From positions 1,664,001 to 1,728,000 of the forward strand of contig CAWDSK010000006.1 of NCBI GenBank assembly GCA_963804995.1: a stretch of 64,000 nt of DNA. Reading direction: 5' to 3'. The number at the start of each line of letters is the position of its first letter. Position 1 is the first letter of the stretch. This DNA is from an uncultured Acidobacteriota bacterium (GTDB lineage Bacteria; Acidobacteriota; Terriglobia; UBA7540). The notes under the pieces were generated by a model. It ran no database searches and had not been told where the DNA came from. It saw only the letters and a program-made list of their open reading frames with translations. Shown one piece after another: positions 39,209-51,083 of the stretch. The position numbers and the translations under genes were made by a program.

Positions 39209-39414
39209 CCCCGCGGCGCCCGCGAAGGCAGTAATATGGCCGAGGATATCTCGCAAACGCTCGATATTGACGCGGCATTCCGAAACGACATCCTACGCCA
39301 AAGCTCCGGACGGCCTGCCACCCGGAGCTTTAGCGCAGGACGGCAGGCCATCCTGTATTTCTTACGTGTACCTCTGGCGCACCCTTCATGCGGCCTGATT
39401 GACCAGAGCGAGGG

Positions 39415-41790
39415 CTATAGGCAACCCACTTCCAGGGAGATCCTGCCCGTCAGCCCCGGCGCCAGAGTTATAGTTTCTTGTTGTGGGTCGAATTGGGTCC
39501 AGGGCCTCCCATTCACGGTTGCCGAATGAATTCGATGGCCTGCCGGAAGCCGCAAGCGCAGTTTCACCGCAGCTCTAAAGGACGCGGGCAGCACGATTTG
39601 CCCCACCACCTTCCCTTGGCTGAGCTTCGAGGTGACGGTGAAACTCACTCGCCCCCATCGCGTGGGAGCATTCTCAACGGAAATTGTTTTGTTATCCTCC
39701 ATCCAGTCACGGGGTGCAGCTTTCGCGAGCCACAGGGTCTCGGATTGCGGGTCCTCAAAGGCCAGCATCCAACGGGTCATCAGGGGAACCACAAGTTGCG
39801 CCGGCGTGCAGTAGGGAGCCACAGGTTGCTCAGGATCGGTAATCACTCGAACTTTCCGGAGCCGTCCATGTGCCGCGCGTGTAGTGGTGCGCCATCATAC
39901 TGTACACAGTCAACAGGTATTCGCGAACCAGATCGTGTTGAATCAGTCCGAAAGCATGCCCGTAGGTCAGGAAACCCTGTAACCCGCGATCATACCCGTA
40001 GGCAGCGGGGATGCCGAGAATCGTTTCACGGTGCGCGGCGCGGCACTTGACGATCATTTCCACTTGTTCTTTGCTCAGGTTACCCGAGTACAGCATTTCC
40101 ATGTACGCCCGATAGCTGCGTACCTGAGGATCCAACGGATCACGCGCCAGGGCGACGTAGAAGGGTTCTTTCGCGCCGGCAATGGAAGGAAGACACCTGG
40201 GCTGGGCATCGTTCAGGATGGAACGGCTGATGGCGTTCTGAACATCCTTCCCGATGGCCTTGGATTCTTCTGCGAGCCGTTTCCCCCAGAGGACCAACTC
40301 CTGCCTGCCGCTCTGCTTGCCGATTTCCTCCCAAACTTCTCCCAGGTCCCGAAACCCGCGCTCCGCTTCCGTGCTGTTGGAAAAATAAGGTTGCATGTAC
40401 CTCATGTCATCGGGATCTGACCACGAATCGGCCTCGCTCCAACCCGCCATCATGCCGTAAGCAGGATCGTCAGGAGAGAGTTTCAGAGCCTTGCCCCGCA
40501 GGGAAAGCAGCAGTCTGGCGACGGCGTCAATCCGCTGCCGGTGCTTCAACAGCAGCCCGTAGTCTTGGGTGTAGTTCGCGTACTCAGCCAGCACCGTCAG
40601 CATGCGCCCATACTGCCCGGTTTCCGGACCGCGATAGAGGATGGATCCGTCATCCCGCACGTACTTGCCAAAATAGTTATCGATGTAATCTGCGGCTAAA
40701 CCCCACAGTCCCCATTCCAGCATGGCCGTGGTGTCGGCGTTGAAGGTGTCTGGAAAGCCGGCATGCTCGTTGCCCCCGTAAGTCTTGTTGAAGACGCCGT
40801 AGCGGGGTTCATTGCCCATGCGGGTGATCATGTCGCGCACTAAAGAGTGTCGCGCCAGGTTCGCGAGGCGCTCATCCGGAATTGCGATCGTCATGCCGGA
40901 AGCTAACGCCTTGTTCCAGCCCGTCCGCATGCCCATGAGTTCTTCATAAAAAGGTTCGGCAGGATATTCCAAACGAGCTGGATACGAGTGGTAGGAATCA
41001 AAATAACGAACCCACTTCAGGGTGTTGTCTTCCACCCGTCCCAGCCGGTACCACACCGGCTGAATCTCTTTGTTGCCGTTCTCCATGCGCATCGGCGCGT
41101 ACGCCACCAGTTCCCACCAGTTGCCGGATTCTTCCGGGTAAACAAAGCGGACCGCGGGCAGCCAGCCTCCCACCAAGCCGTCCCAGACGCCTCCCTGCTG
41201 CCGGATCTTTTCAATCTGCGGCCCATAAACATCTGGAAAAAACCGGTCCGTCCTCCCTCCATACCGGAAGCCAATCTTGTCCAGGTTGTCATGCGTGCCC
41301 ACAAAAGTGTAAGTCTTCATTTTGGAGATGGGCGGAAAACAGGCGGCGACTTCGTTGTAATCGGGGTCGCCCCCCTGGGCCAGAATTTCTTCCCCCAGGA
41401 GGTCGCGATCGCTGTTCTTGATTTGTTCCAGAGTATGCCCGTGGTAAAGGCCCGAAGCCTCTGCAAAGGTGGGTTCCAGCGACTTGGGCAAGTCCAGTTG
41501 GACACCCTGCAGATCCACATAGAGGATGTGGCCTTTTTTCTCGGTGAAGTTCTCGAACACCGCTAAGCCGGATTTGCGAGTCGGCGGGACAACCGCCATC
41601 AGGGTCCAAACCCCCACCTGCTGCCCCTTCCGCAGGCTCGCTTTCTGCCCTTCCCAGGAAACCTCAACAACGCCGGCGGAAGTCATCGTCAACAACTTGG
41701 GTACGCCGGGCGGCGACGCGGATCTGGCCACCCCCAGTGAGAAACTGAATGCTACAAGTGCAAACCCTACACATTCACAAATACGCCTCA
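39415..41790 (-). CDS. Secreted (alpha/alpha)6-barrel glycoside hydrolase-like protein, frameshifted near 39852
   Basis: ORF 39830..41869 continues into 39415..39846 (TAPE / ITDPEQPVAPYC; NAPTRWG). The family call is tentative. Confidence 0.65.
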
Positions 41791-42259
41791 TGGATTCCTC
41801 CCCGGGCCTGCGGGCAGTACAACGCGGCGGGCATATAGTACGGCGAAAACGCTCAGTCAACAAACACAAGGGTACTTAGCTGGATTTGGAATGATAAATG
41901 CCCGGTGGGCATGGCAAAAAAATCCTTGGGGTCTGAAGTCGCAGGTTGTAGCGCGCCGGGCCGATGTAGGGCCGGCCTCGGGACTGATGGTTGTTGCACT
42001 CTTGGTGTGTCGTGAGTAGGATGAGCTTCGTGATCTACCTTGACCACAGCGAAGGGGGTTCATAGTTGACAGTCGACAGTTGAAAGCCAAGGCGTTCCCG
42101 ATTCTTACTATGAACTGTAAACTATGGACTATGAACTGTATGCCTTGTGGACTGTGAACTCTTCCCCAACATTGGGTGCACGCCTGGGAAATGAAATTCT
42201 GGGAAAGTGGGGTTGAGATAAGTTCTCTCTTACGGCTATAATAGCCGTAAGGAGGAACC

Positions 42260-42661
42260 ATGGCTCAGTCTTTTGAAGTTCCTGGTCCGGTCCGTGAGCT
42301 TGCCGCTCGGTTGGGTCAGTCCCAGCCCATGCGGCGCGGCTCCCTATCGGAGCGTTATGTGAAATGCGGCAAGCCGGGTTGTGGTTGCGCGGAGGATGCC
42401 AAGGCGCGGCACGGCCCTTATTACAGTCTGACGCGGGCGGTGGGAGGGCAGACCCGCTCCCGCTTCTTGAACCCCGAGGAAGCGCAGCGGGCGCGAGAGC
42501 AGATCGAGACGGGCCAGCAGTTTCGGCGTCAGGTGGAGGCTTACTGGGCTGCCTGTGAGCAATGGGCGGATGCCCAGCTGGAAGCCCGGGAGGAAGAAGG
42601 GCAAGCCGAGGTTAAAAAAAACCGCACTCGGCGAGGCTCTGGCGCACGACCTCACCGCTGA
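42260..42661 (+). CDS. IS accessory ORF (DUF6788-like)
   Basis: MRRGSLSERYVKCGKPGCGC...HGPYY. Confidence 0.85.
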   Translation: MAQSFEVPGPVRELAARLGQSQPMRRGSLSERYVKCGKPGCGCAEDAKARHGPYYSLTRAVGGQTRSRFLNPEEAQRAREQIETGQQFRRQVEAYWAACEQWADAQLEAREEEGQAEVKKNRTRRGSGARPHR

Positions 42662-43967
42662 GATTGAGCGCCTGGTGGGTCGGGAAGCCACGGCGGCTCT
42701 GGACTTCGAGGCGGTGGAAACGGCCGTACGCCGTCAGGCTTTGCGCTTCGCCGCGCGGGTGGTGGAGCAGCGGCTGAATGCCGACCACTCCGACTTTACC
42801 GGAGCCCGTCGGCCGTGTTCCTGCGGTCAGCCCGCGCGCTATGTAGACCGGCGGGCCAAGCCTTTCCAGACCGTGCTGGGCGAATTACGGCTGGAGCGCG
42901 CCTACTATTATTGTGCTGCCTGCCAGCGCGGGTTCTGTCCTCGTGACCAGCAGTGGGGAATGGAGGACACTTCTCTGTCCCCGGCGGTGACACGCATGGT
43001 GGGCACGGTGGGAGCCTTGGTGAGCTTTCAAGAAGGGCGTGAACTCCTCGGGGAATTGGCGGGCGTGGAAGTAAGTGCCAAGCAGGTGGAGCGTACGGCG
43101 GAGGCGCTGGGAGCGGAAGTCGCCGAGGATGAACGCCAACCGGTGGAGGCGGTGAGGGAAGGACCCTTGCCGCCCACCCTCTATCTCGGCCTGGATGGTA
43201 CCGGCATTCCCATGCGCAAGGAGGAACTCACGGGGCGAGCGGGCAAGCAGCCGGATGGCTCCGCCCAAACCCGCGAGGTCAAGGTCTGCGCCATCTGGAG
43301 CGCGGAAGCGCGCGATGCCGAAGGCCGGCCCCGGCGTGATGCTGGCTCGGTCAGCTACTCGGCGGCCATCGAGACGGCGGCCTGCCGCGACACCGACTCC
43401 CAGATCGCAGCATTTACCCAGCGCGTCGAGCGTGAGGCGAAGCGTCGAGACTTCGGGCAAGCCTCTCGCCAAGTGGTGATCGGCGACGGGGCTCCCTGGA
43501 TCTGGAACATCGCCGCGGAGGTGTTCCCGCAAGCCCTGCAAATCGTGGATCGTTACCACGTGAAGGAGCATTTGAGCCAAGTGGCCAAGGCCCTCTATGG
43601 GCAAGCGGAGGCATCCCATCGCTGGGCGCAACGTCGGCACCAAGAATTGGATGGCGGGCGTTGGCGGAGTCTGACGACGGCGCTGGCCCGCCATGCGGCC
43701 CGCTCACCGGAAGCCCGCAACTGCCTTCAGTACTTGCAGCGCAACCGGCACCGCATGCGCTACGCGGAATTTCATGCCCAGCACCTGTGTACTTCCTCAG
43801 GGGTTCTGGAGGCGGGTTGCAGGGTCGTCGTGGGGTCGCGCCTAAAACGTTCGGGCATGCATTGGACCGTGCGCGGCTCCAATGCCATCATCGCTCTGCG
43901 GTGTTACAAACTCAGCGGTCGCTTCGAAGACTTCTGGGAACGCCGGGCGCACAGGGTGGGGGCGTGA
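42555..43967 (+). CDS. ISKra4 family transposase
   Basis: LDGTGIP, GDGAPWIW, DRYH, SGVLEAGC, RLKRSGMHW; overlaps ORF A across an A8 run at 42614-42621. True start uncertain. Confidence 0.92.
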   Translation: MSNGRMPSWKPGRKKGKPRLKKTALGEALAHDLTAEIERLVGREATAALDFEAVETAVRRQALRFAARVVEQRLNADHSDFTGARRPCSCGQPARYVDRRAKPFQTVLGELRLERAYYYCAACQRGFCPRDQQWGMEDTSLSPAVTRMVGTVGALVSFQEGRELLGELAGVEVSAKQVERTAEALGAEVAEDERQPVEAVREGPLPPTLYLGLDGTGIPMRKEELTGRAGKQPDGSAQTREVKVCAIWSAEARDAEGRPRRDAGSVSYSAAIETAACRDTDSQIAAFTQRVEREAKRRDFGQASRQVVIGDGAPWIWNIAAEVFPQALQIVDRYHVKEHLSQVAKALYGQAEASHRWAQRRHQELDGGRWRSLTTALARHAARSPEARNCLQYLQRNRHRMRYAEFHAQHLCTSSGVLEAGCRVVVGSRLKRSGMHWTVRGSNAIIALRCYKLSGRFEDFWERRAHRVGA

Positions 43968-43996
43968 GCCCGCTCACTCCTTCGTCGTGCACCCCC

Positions 43997-44836
<840 letters not shown>

Positions 44837-44840
<4 letters not shown>

Positions 44841-45085
44841 GAGCGGTCGGGATACCAGTTCTCACGTTGGAAAGTCTCTTCCGGCAGCACCGCATCGGTT
44901 TCCAATCCGGTAAGGAACTCTTCAAACGCCCTCACTCGTTCCTGGGCGGTGGACTTCGCCGTCCCGGTCTTGACCAGCGCTTCCAGGGCGCGCTCGGCAA
45001 ACTGATCGAGCGACAGGCCTTCCGACCGCGCCCGCGCCAGCAGCGCCTCGCCAATGTCCGGTTTCAATTCTACTTCCAGTTTCAT
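44837..45085 (-). CDS. Antitoxin (VapB-like)
   Basis: 82 aa, GAGG RBS, overlaps the PIN gene; LLARARSEGLSLDQF. Confidence 0.8.
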
Positions 45086-45384
45086 TTGGACCTCGCTCCG
45101 CGTGCAATTTCCTGTTTCTTGAAGTGCTTTTCCCTAACCCCTAATCCCGAGCCCCTAGCCCCGCGGCCCCGCGCGCGCCAACGGACTCACGCCTGGATTG
45201 AGTGTACCACGAGGCGCGGTCGCCGCCATAGATTGCGATCGCGGTCGAGCGCCTGCCTTTGCGGTTTTCCTAGCCACTAACCACTAGCCACTAACCACTG
45301 TTTTTACCATTGCGGATACGCGATGAAGAGCCGCACAGGAATCCGTCGGCTGACGGATACCTGTGCGCTACCCCGCTCGTAGCG

Positions 45385-47297
45385 GTTGCGGTAGGGATAC
45401 CGGTTACCCGGTACCCCCCGCACGGATCCGTACGTGCGCTGGTTAGCGCATACGGCTCTTATCTCGGATGTGTGGCGGCGAACCGTTGGGATGGCCAAGG
45501 ATGCACAACGTGCGGAGCAGGCAACCAGCAGGCCGCAAGCTTCCCCAGTCGGTCCCAGTTGAGGCGGTGGCGTTGACTGCGTTGACGCAGTTGCGTTCGC
45601 CACAGTCGGGTCAACCGTTCCCGAAAGATTCGCAGGCGGTCGAGGTTTCCCGGTACCGCGTGATAGTTGAAGTAGCCTTGCACGACCGACCGGAGCCATT
45701 TACCCGTATCCGCGATGGGATCGTGCCGACGCTGCCGGAGTTGTTGCTTGAGTTCCTGCAACTTCCCCCGCAGGCGCTTGCTGATCGTCTTCCGCTTCAC
45801 GGTAAATTGCCCCCTCCGGTTCTTCCCGCTGATATGCGTGAAGCCCAGAAAGTCGAACGTCTCCGGCTTACCTTCTCCTCTCCGTTTCCGGTAAAGTTCG
45901 GCAAACGGCCCGAACTCGATCCGGCGCGTTTTGTCAGGATGCAGTTCCAATCCAAACTTCCCCACCCGCTCCCGGAAATCCTCCAGAAAGCGGTCGGCTT
46001 CCGTCTGCGATTGGAATCCAAGGACCGTATCGTCGGCATACCGCACCACGACCACGTCTCCCCGGGCGTGCTTCTTGCGCCACGCCTGCACCCACAGGTC
46101 AAAGACGTAGTGCAGATAGATATTCGCCAGCAGGGGCGAGACCACCGCCCCTTGTGGCGTACCCATCTCCGTCTCCGACCATTCGCCTTCCTCCCTCACC
46201 CCGGCTTTCAGCCATTTCTGGATGAGCCGGAGAATCCGGGGGTCGGCGACGCGATGCTGCACGAACTTGAGCATCCATTCGTGGGATATCGAATCGAAAA
46301 ATCCACGAATGTCCGCGTCAAGAACGTAGTTCACGTGCTTCACCGTGAGCGCGTACGAGAGCGCGTCCAGCGCTTGATGCTGGCTGCATCCCGGTCGAAA
46401 GCCATACGAGAAGCCCAGAAAGTCTTCCTCGTAAATCGCCTTGAGGATGGTGACCACGGCCTGTTGGACGATCTTGTCCTCCAGTGCCGCAACCCCCAAC
46501 GGACGTTGCCGCCCGTCGCCTTTCGGGATATACGCCCTTCGCGAGGGCTTCGCTCGGAATGCTCCGCGGTGGACCCGGCTGTGCAGATCGACGAGTCGAC
46601 CTTCCAGCCCGCTTTCATACTCCTGCCACGTCATGCCGTCTACTCCCGGTGCAGCTTTTCGCTTCAAGGCGTAAAAGCTTTCCCGCAGCAGATCGACCGT
46701 TAAGTGGTGGAGCAAGGCCGTGAACTTCATCTCCCTGTGTTCCTTCGCGGCTTTCCGCACACCCGCGAGTCCCTGGGACACGCGTGCCCCGCTCTGTGTC
46801 GGGTGCGTGTTAGGCCAACGGGTGTTCTCCTTGATCAGCGGCCTTCCCTCCTCATTCTCCGCCAACGGCTTCCCGTCTTTGTTCAAATGATTCATCGGTA
46901 CTGTTCCGCTGTCCGACTCCTCGAGAGCGTGCAGGCGGGCTGTACGGCCATCGCCTTTTCCCGCCGTCCGGCCACGATCTACGGCGGCCGGCGCCTCCGA
47001 GGTCTCCCGGTTCTCGTGCAGAAAGTGTCTAGGCGTGTCTGGGGTCTACGACTACGCAGGACTGTGCCGGAACTCGCGTTGGCGTCCCGGCCTCATGTTG
47101 CCTTCCGTTTAGTCTGAAAACGTCGGCGTCCTGATTGGACATTTTCGAAGCTCAATACCCAGCCCACCTATTCCCCTGTTTACGCTTCACCGTGCGCCTC
47201 ACGACGCCCAGCGCAAAACTCGGGGCCGAGTGGATCGCTGCTCCTTCCTCGTGAGAAATTTTCATTCTCTGCTTTCTGCCGGTTTATCCCGGCGCAC
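45385..47297 (-). mobile_element. Group II intron
   Basis: 5' GTGCG at 47297; domain V GAGCCGTATGCGCTAACCAGCGCACGTACGGATC; domain VI ending CCTACCGCAAC at 45385; internal RT ORF. Confidence 0.92.
45459..46895 (-). CDS. ltrA: Group II intron reverse transcriptase/maturase, no endonuclease domain
   Basis: APGVDG, RPLGV, GFRPG, GTPQG, RYADD, FDFLGF, GYFNYH. Confidence 0.96.
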   Translation of the reverse strand: MNHLNKDGKPLAENEEGRPLIKENTRWPNTHPTQSGARVSQGLAGVRKAAKEHREMKFTALLHHLTVDLLRESFYALKRKAAPGVDGMTWQEYESGLEGRLVDLHSRVHRGAFRAKPSRRAYIPKGDGRQRPLGVAALEDKIVQQAVVTILKAIYEEDFLGFSYGFRPGCSQHQALDALSYALTVKHVNYVLDADIRGFFDSISHEWMLKFVQHRVADPRILRLIQKWLKAGVREEGEWSETEMGTPQGAVVSPLLANIYLHYVFDLWVQAWRKKHARGDVVVVRYADDTVLGFQSQTEADRFLEDFRERVGKFGLELHPDKTRRIEFGPFAELYRKRRGEGKPETFDFLGFTHISGKNRRGQFTVKRKTISKRLRGKLQELKQQLRQRRHDPIADTGKWLRSVVQGYFNYHAVPGNLDRLRIFRERLTRLWRTQLRQRSQRHRLNWDRLGKLAACWLPAPHVVHPWPSQRFAATHPR

Positions 47298-47508
47298 CAG
47301 ACCTCCGCCGTTGAGGTCTGCGGTTCTTCATGCGCATTGTCAACGAAAGTATCGTGGCGAAGAGGCGAGCGTGACGGGACCGCCTCGGTTTGTGATTTGT
47401 GGGTTTTGCAAACTAAGAACCGCGGACCCCAAAAACGGGGGACCGCGCTACAAAACATGGCTGGGCTCGCTCGGTGACAGCCGGCCACTTCAGAGATAGG
47501 TATCGCGC

Positions 47509-48288
47509 TCAACGCGGCGTGGAAGGTGTGGCGGACACCGGTTCAAGCAAATACTCTTCCCAAGCCAGGAAGTCCCACATTGGTTGGTCGCGATCGGGGA
47601 AGGGAGAGGGATGCCAGAGCGTTTCGGTTCTGCGAAAGCCCTTTGGGGTGAACCCGGGTCCGTCCGAAAACGTCACGACCCATATCTTGTGTTCTGAACT
47701 CTCCACAAGTTTGTTCAACGCTTCTCTAAAGGTAAGACCGCGCGGCGTGATCGTGAGCGGCTCCTCGTGTATTCCTGTGGCGTAATCGCCTCCCTCCCCG
47801 GCGCCGGGAGACAAATTGCGCGGCGAAACGATGTTTTGTGCTACTGCTTCGAGTTGCTGGTTTGCACGTCCTCCCCCCTCTTGTTGGACCTCGAAGAACT
47901 CGGGAACCTTCAAGTTCAGAAAGTTGCGACTATCGTCTACCAAATCTCGCCGGAAAACGTGAACCTCGCCTGGCTCGACTCGCAACTCGTAACCGGGGAA
48001 CTTTTGGACTATCGAGCGAAGGATGCCTTCGACGCTGTCGTCTTTCCATCTAAGACTCAAGCGCCGAGCCGTATCCTTGTCCTTCACCCATTCGATACCC
48101 ACTGGAAGCTCGAATCGCTTAGCAACCCGCAGGACGGCGTCCGCAAGGCCGTTCGCCGAAAGACTATATTGCGTCGTGTGCGTGTCAAGCTTGGCCTGCG
48201 TGTCGCTGGGCTGCACCTGACAGGGCACGTTTGCATCCGTGAAGATAATTAGCGAGAGTAACAGTACGGTGCGCATTGCACACCTCAT
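47509..48288 (-). CDS. Secreted hypothetical protein
   Basis: Signal peptide; 259 aa; coupled to the upstream Cys-rich ORF. Confidence 0.7.
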   Translation of the reverse strand: MRCAMRTVLLLSLIIFTDANVPCQVQPSDTQAKLDTHTTQYSLSANGLADAVLRVAKRFELPVGIEWVKDKDTARRLSLRWKDDSVEGILRSIVQKFPGYELRVEPGEVHVFRRDLVDDSRNFLNLKVPEFFEVQQEGGGRANQQLEAVAQNIVSPRNLSPGAGEGGDYATGIHEEPLTITPRGLTFREALNKLVESSEHKIWVVTFSDGPGFTPKGFRRTETLWHPSPFPDRDQPMWDFLAWEEYLLEPVSATPSTPR

Positions 48289-48605
48289 TTTCCATTCACC
48301 AGAATCCCATTACACTTATAGGTGATACTTTTGACGTCTGAATTGAGCGTAGTCCCAGCCACCGTCCACGTCTGGTTGGCAATCGTTTGGCCGGCCGTGC
48401 AGCATGAGCCTGAAGACTTGCACGCGGGTGCACACACCGGGAGACTCTCCGGGAACTGACCGTTCGCGTCGGTAAACTTTCCGCACGGCCCACTGGTACC
48501 CCAACAGGACCCGGTGTTGCCGCCGCACGTGGTTATATAACCCTGCAAGTTAAGCTGGTTCGTCGAAGTGTTGCAGATCACGTCCCCGAGAGCCATGTTC
48601 GCCAC
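48285..48605 (-). CDS. Cys-rich protein, probably a C-terminal fragment
   Basis: 9 Cys in 106 aa; no signal peptide; a REP lies immediately upstream. Confidence 0.55.
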   Translation of the reverse strand: MANMALGDVICNTSTNQLNLQGYITTCGGNTGSCWGTSGPCGKFTDANGQFPESLPVCAPACKSSGSCCTAGQTIANQTWTVAGTTLNSDVKSITYKCNGILVNGK

Positions 48606-48823
48606 TCTAATTGGCTGGTTGGCGCAGAGCGAGCGCAGCTCTGCGATCTAGTGCGGATCAAAATAGCCAGTGTATCGTCAAGACGCACGAATCGTTCCGA
48701 TAATTGAATCGGAAGTTTGTTCCCTAGATCGGCGTCAGAGGAATCGCGGCAGCCAAGGTCGGGCATGTGAATCGCAGAGCTCGGCTCGCATTGCGCCAGC
48801 CGGCCGTTGTGCCACGGGCCTCC

Positions 48824-48951
48824 GAAGGTGTGAAAAAATACCATTTTCACCGCTGAGACGCTGAGACGCAGAGAAATGACCCTTTGTTTTCAAGCCTCTG
48901 CGCCTCCGCGTCTCCGCGGTGAAAGGTTTGATGGGATTTTTTCACAGCTTC
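48824..48951. mobile_element. MITE with IS1182-like ends
   Basis: GAAGGTGTGAAAAAA ... TTTTTTCACAGCTTC; the same end type starts the adjacent element at 48980. Confidence 0.6.
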
Positions 48952-49064
48952 TCCTGCCCGTGACCCGACACGGGCGGGAGAAGCTGTGAAAGAATCAAAA
49001 AAAGACTGGACTAGCTGCATAGCTATGATATGCTCCCTCTCGCGTTGCCGGAGGGAGGTCCCAT

Positions 49065-49274
49065 ATGGGTTACGAGTCCACCGTGCAGGTGATTCAGCGC
49101 GGCGGCAAGAACCGCCAATGGTATCTGATTTGTCCTGCGCCCTTGGCGCAAGCCTTGGAAATCGAGAAGGGCGAGGTGATCGAATGGGTGGTGGAGGACA
49201 AGCACACGCTGGTCTTGAAGCGCACTCCCCGGCCGGCCGAGGCCTCTCCCCGGCGGAGGCGAGCGCATGAGTGA
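49065..49274 (+). CDS. AbrB-like IS accessory protein
   Basis: GGAGG RBS; PAPLAQALEIEKGEVIEW. Confidence 0.7.
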   Translation: MGYESTVQVIQRGGKNRQWYLICPAPLAQALEIEKGEVIEWVVEDKHTLVLKRTPRPAEASPRRRRAHE

Positions 49275-50100
49275 CGGCATAGAGCAGGGGCAGCCAGCGC
49301 TGTGGGCGGAGGGCGAAAGGCCCAGCCCGCCACCTGAGCCGCAGAAGACGGAGCCAGCGCCCCAGCCCTCGGCGCGTTTTCAGGCGGTGAACCGGCAGCA
49401 GATGGTCTGGCGGGCGGTGGACGTGGAGCAGTTGCTGGAGCCCGACCACCTGGCGCGGGCGATTTGGGAAATGAGTGGGCGGCTGGACCTGACGCCTTAC
49501 ACCGTCGAGGTGCCGGCGGTGGAGGAAGTGAAGAAGCAGAACGGGCGAGCGCCCGGGCAGATGATTGTGGATGAGGGCTATACCACGCGGGAGAATGTGC
49601 TGGCGGCGGCGGAGCGGGGCGTGGACCTGATCGGGGGCACGATGGAAAAGGATGCCGAGGCCGTACGGCAGGGCCTGAAGCAGCGCGGCCTCGACCCGGC
49701 CTTTTATCCCCAAAACTTCCGCTACCACCCGGAGACCAATTCTTACGGTTGTCCGGCGGGTAAGATCCTCGCTTATCAAAGGACCCGACACGATCGGGTG
49801 GGGGTGGAGCATCAGGTTTACCAAGCACGCGCGGCGGACTGCCGGAATTGTGCGTGGCGCGCGGCGTGTCAGCCGGGTAAGCAGGGGCGCCGGATCGTGC
49901 GCAGTGAGAATGTCCCCGCGGTGGCGGCGTATGTGGCCAAGATGCAGACCGCGGCGGCGCGCGCTGCCTATCGCCGGCGCGCTCCGGTGGCGGAATTCAG
50001 CAACCTGTGGCTGAAGGCCAAGCTCGCGGACTCCGGCAGTTCTGCGTGCGCGGCTTGCAGAAAGCCCATTGCGGTATTGCATTCGAGGGCGCGCAGTTGA
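49267..50100 (+). pseudogene. Internally deleted IS1182 family transposase
   Basis: N-terminus (AVNRQQMVWRAVDVEQLLEPDHLARAIW) and C-terminus (VDEGY, CPAG, AEFSNLWLK) match 11236..12756; the central DGTK region is missing. Confidence 0.85.
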
Positions 50101-50282
50101 CGGTCCGCCAATCTTAAGGGCGGACGGCCCTTCCAGCGGGGTGGGCTGTCGCCGCACTGCGAACGGGATAATCGGAATTCTTGTGGGCCGCGCCGCCCAA
50201 GCCGCGTCGTGGTGGAAAAGCCGCCCGCCATTAAGATCGGCGGGCTGGAGAGCGAGCCTTGCGCTACATTTTGTTTTGGGTG

Positions 50283-50616
50283 CCCGCCCAATGCCCCACG
50301 GTAGCTAACAGCTGACAGCCGACAGCTAAAAGCTAGTGTAGTGTCCAGGAAATGGCTGGACAAATGTGTTGGCCGTAGCGCCGGCATCCTGCCGGCAAAT
50401 GCCGCCAAGATGGCGGCGCTACGATGTCCAGTTAATTACCGGACACCACACTAGCAGCTCTCAGCCCTCAGCTTTCAGCTCTCAGTTTTCTGTTGTAGCG
50501 CGGGTGTCCTCACCCGCGTGTTCGAGGTGACGAGACACGTACAGCGCGGGTGGGAACACTCGTATTAAACGCAGGTGGGGACACCCGCGCTACAAGCTGA
50601 CACCTCACAGCCGACA
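50283..50616. repeat. Long inverted repeat, left copy (partner 58496-58705)
   Basis: Matches the reverse complement of 58496-58705 apart from the MITE at 50333-50454 and scattered differences. Confidence 0.85.
50333..50454. mobile_element. MITE at a CTAG site
   Basis: CTAG-TGTAGTGTCC ... GGACACCACA-CTAG; the empty site (single CTAG) is at about 58659. Confidence 0.85.
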
Positions 50617-50828
50617 GACGGCACCGGGGCTTGGGACTAGGGATTCGGGGTTAGGGATTAGGGGTTTTTGGGTTGGGAATTCGGGATACGGGACACGGGT
50701 TACGGGGTTCGGCATTTTGGATTGGGGGCCAGGGGTTTAGGGATTAGGGGTTGGGGGTTAGACTCCTGGCTCCTAGCTCCCAACTCCTCACTCCTAGCTT
50801 CTAACTCCTGGCTTCTGGCTCCCAGCTC

Positions 50829-50946
50829 CTAGGAGCCCGTCGGAGATAGATTTCGTTGTACGTAGAATTAATAACTTAGCGAGATTCGAGTGTCTGTAAG
50901 TTGTTGATTCTTCGTTGACGAATTATTATTTCCGACACACTCCTAG
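50829..50946. mobile_element. MITE at a CTAG site
   Basis: CTAGGAGCCCGTCGGAGATA ... TATTTCCGACACACTCCTAG; internal TAAGTTGTTGATT (IHF-like). Confidence 0.7.
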
Positions 50947-51083
50947 CTTTTGACTCCTGACTCCTATCCCCCAGCCCCCCATCCCGAGTCGCGAATCCCG
51001 ATTCCCGATTCCAGATTCCAGATTTGAGATCGCCGAGTCCCGAATCCCGAACCCCCTAATCCCCAACCCCTAGCCCCGAATTC

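Larger units (their letters stand above)
42174..43994 (+). mobile_element. ISKra4 family insertion sequence
   Basis: TIR GGGTGCACG.../...CGTGCACCC; 9-bp target duplication CCCAACATT at 42165-42173 and 43995-44003. Confidence 0.92.

Noticed and set aside
45459..46895. RT as a retron, DGR or defence RT
   Set aside because: It has a maturase domain and sits inside clear group II intron 5' and domain V/VI ends.
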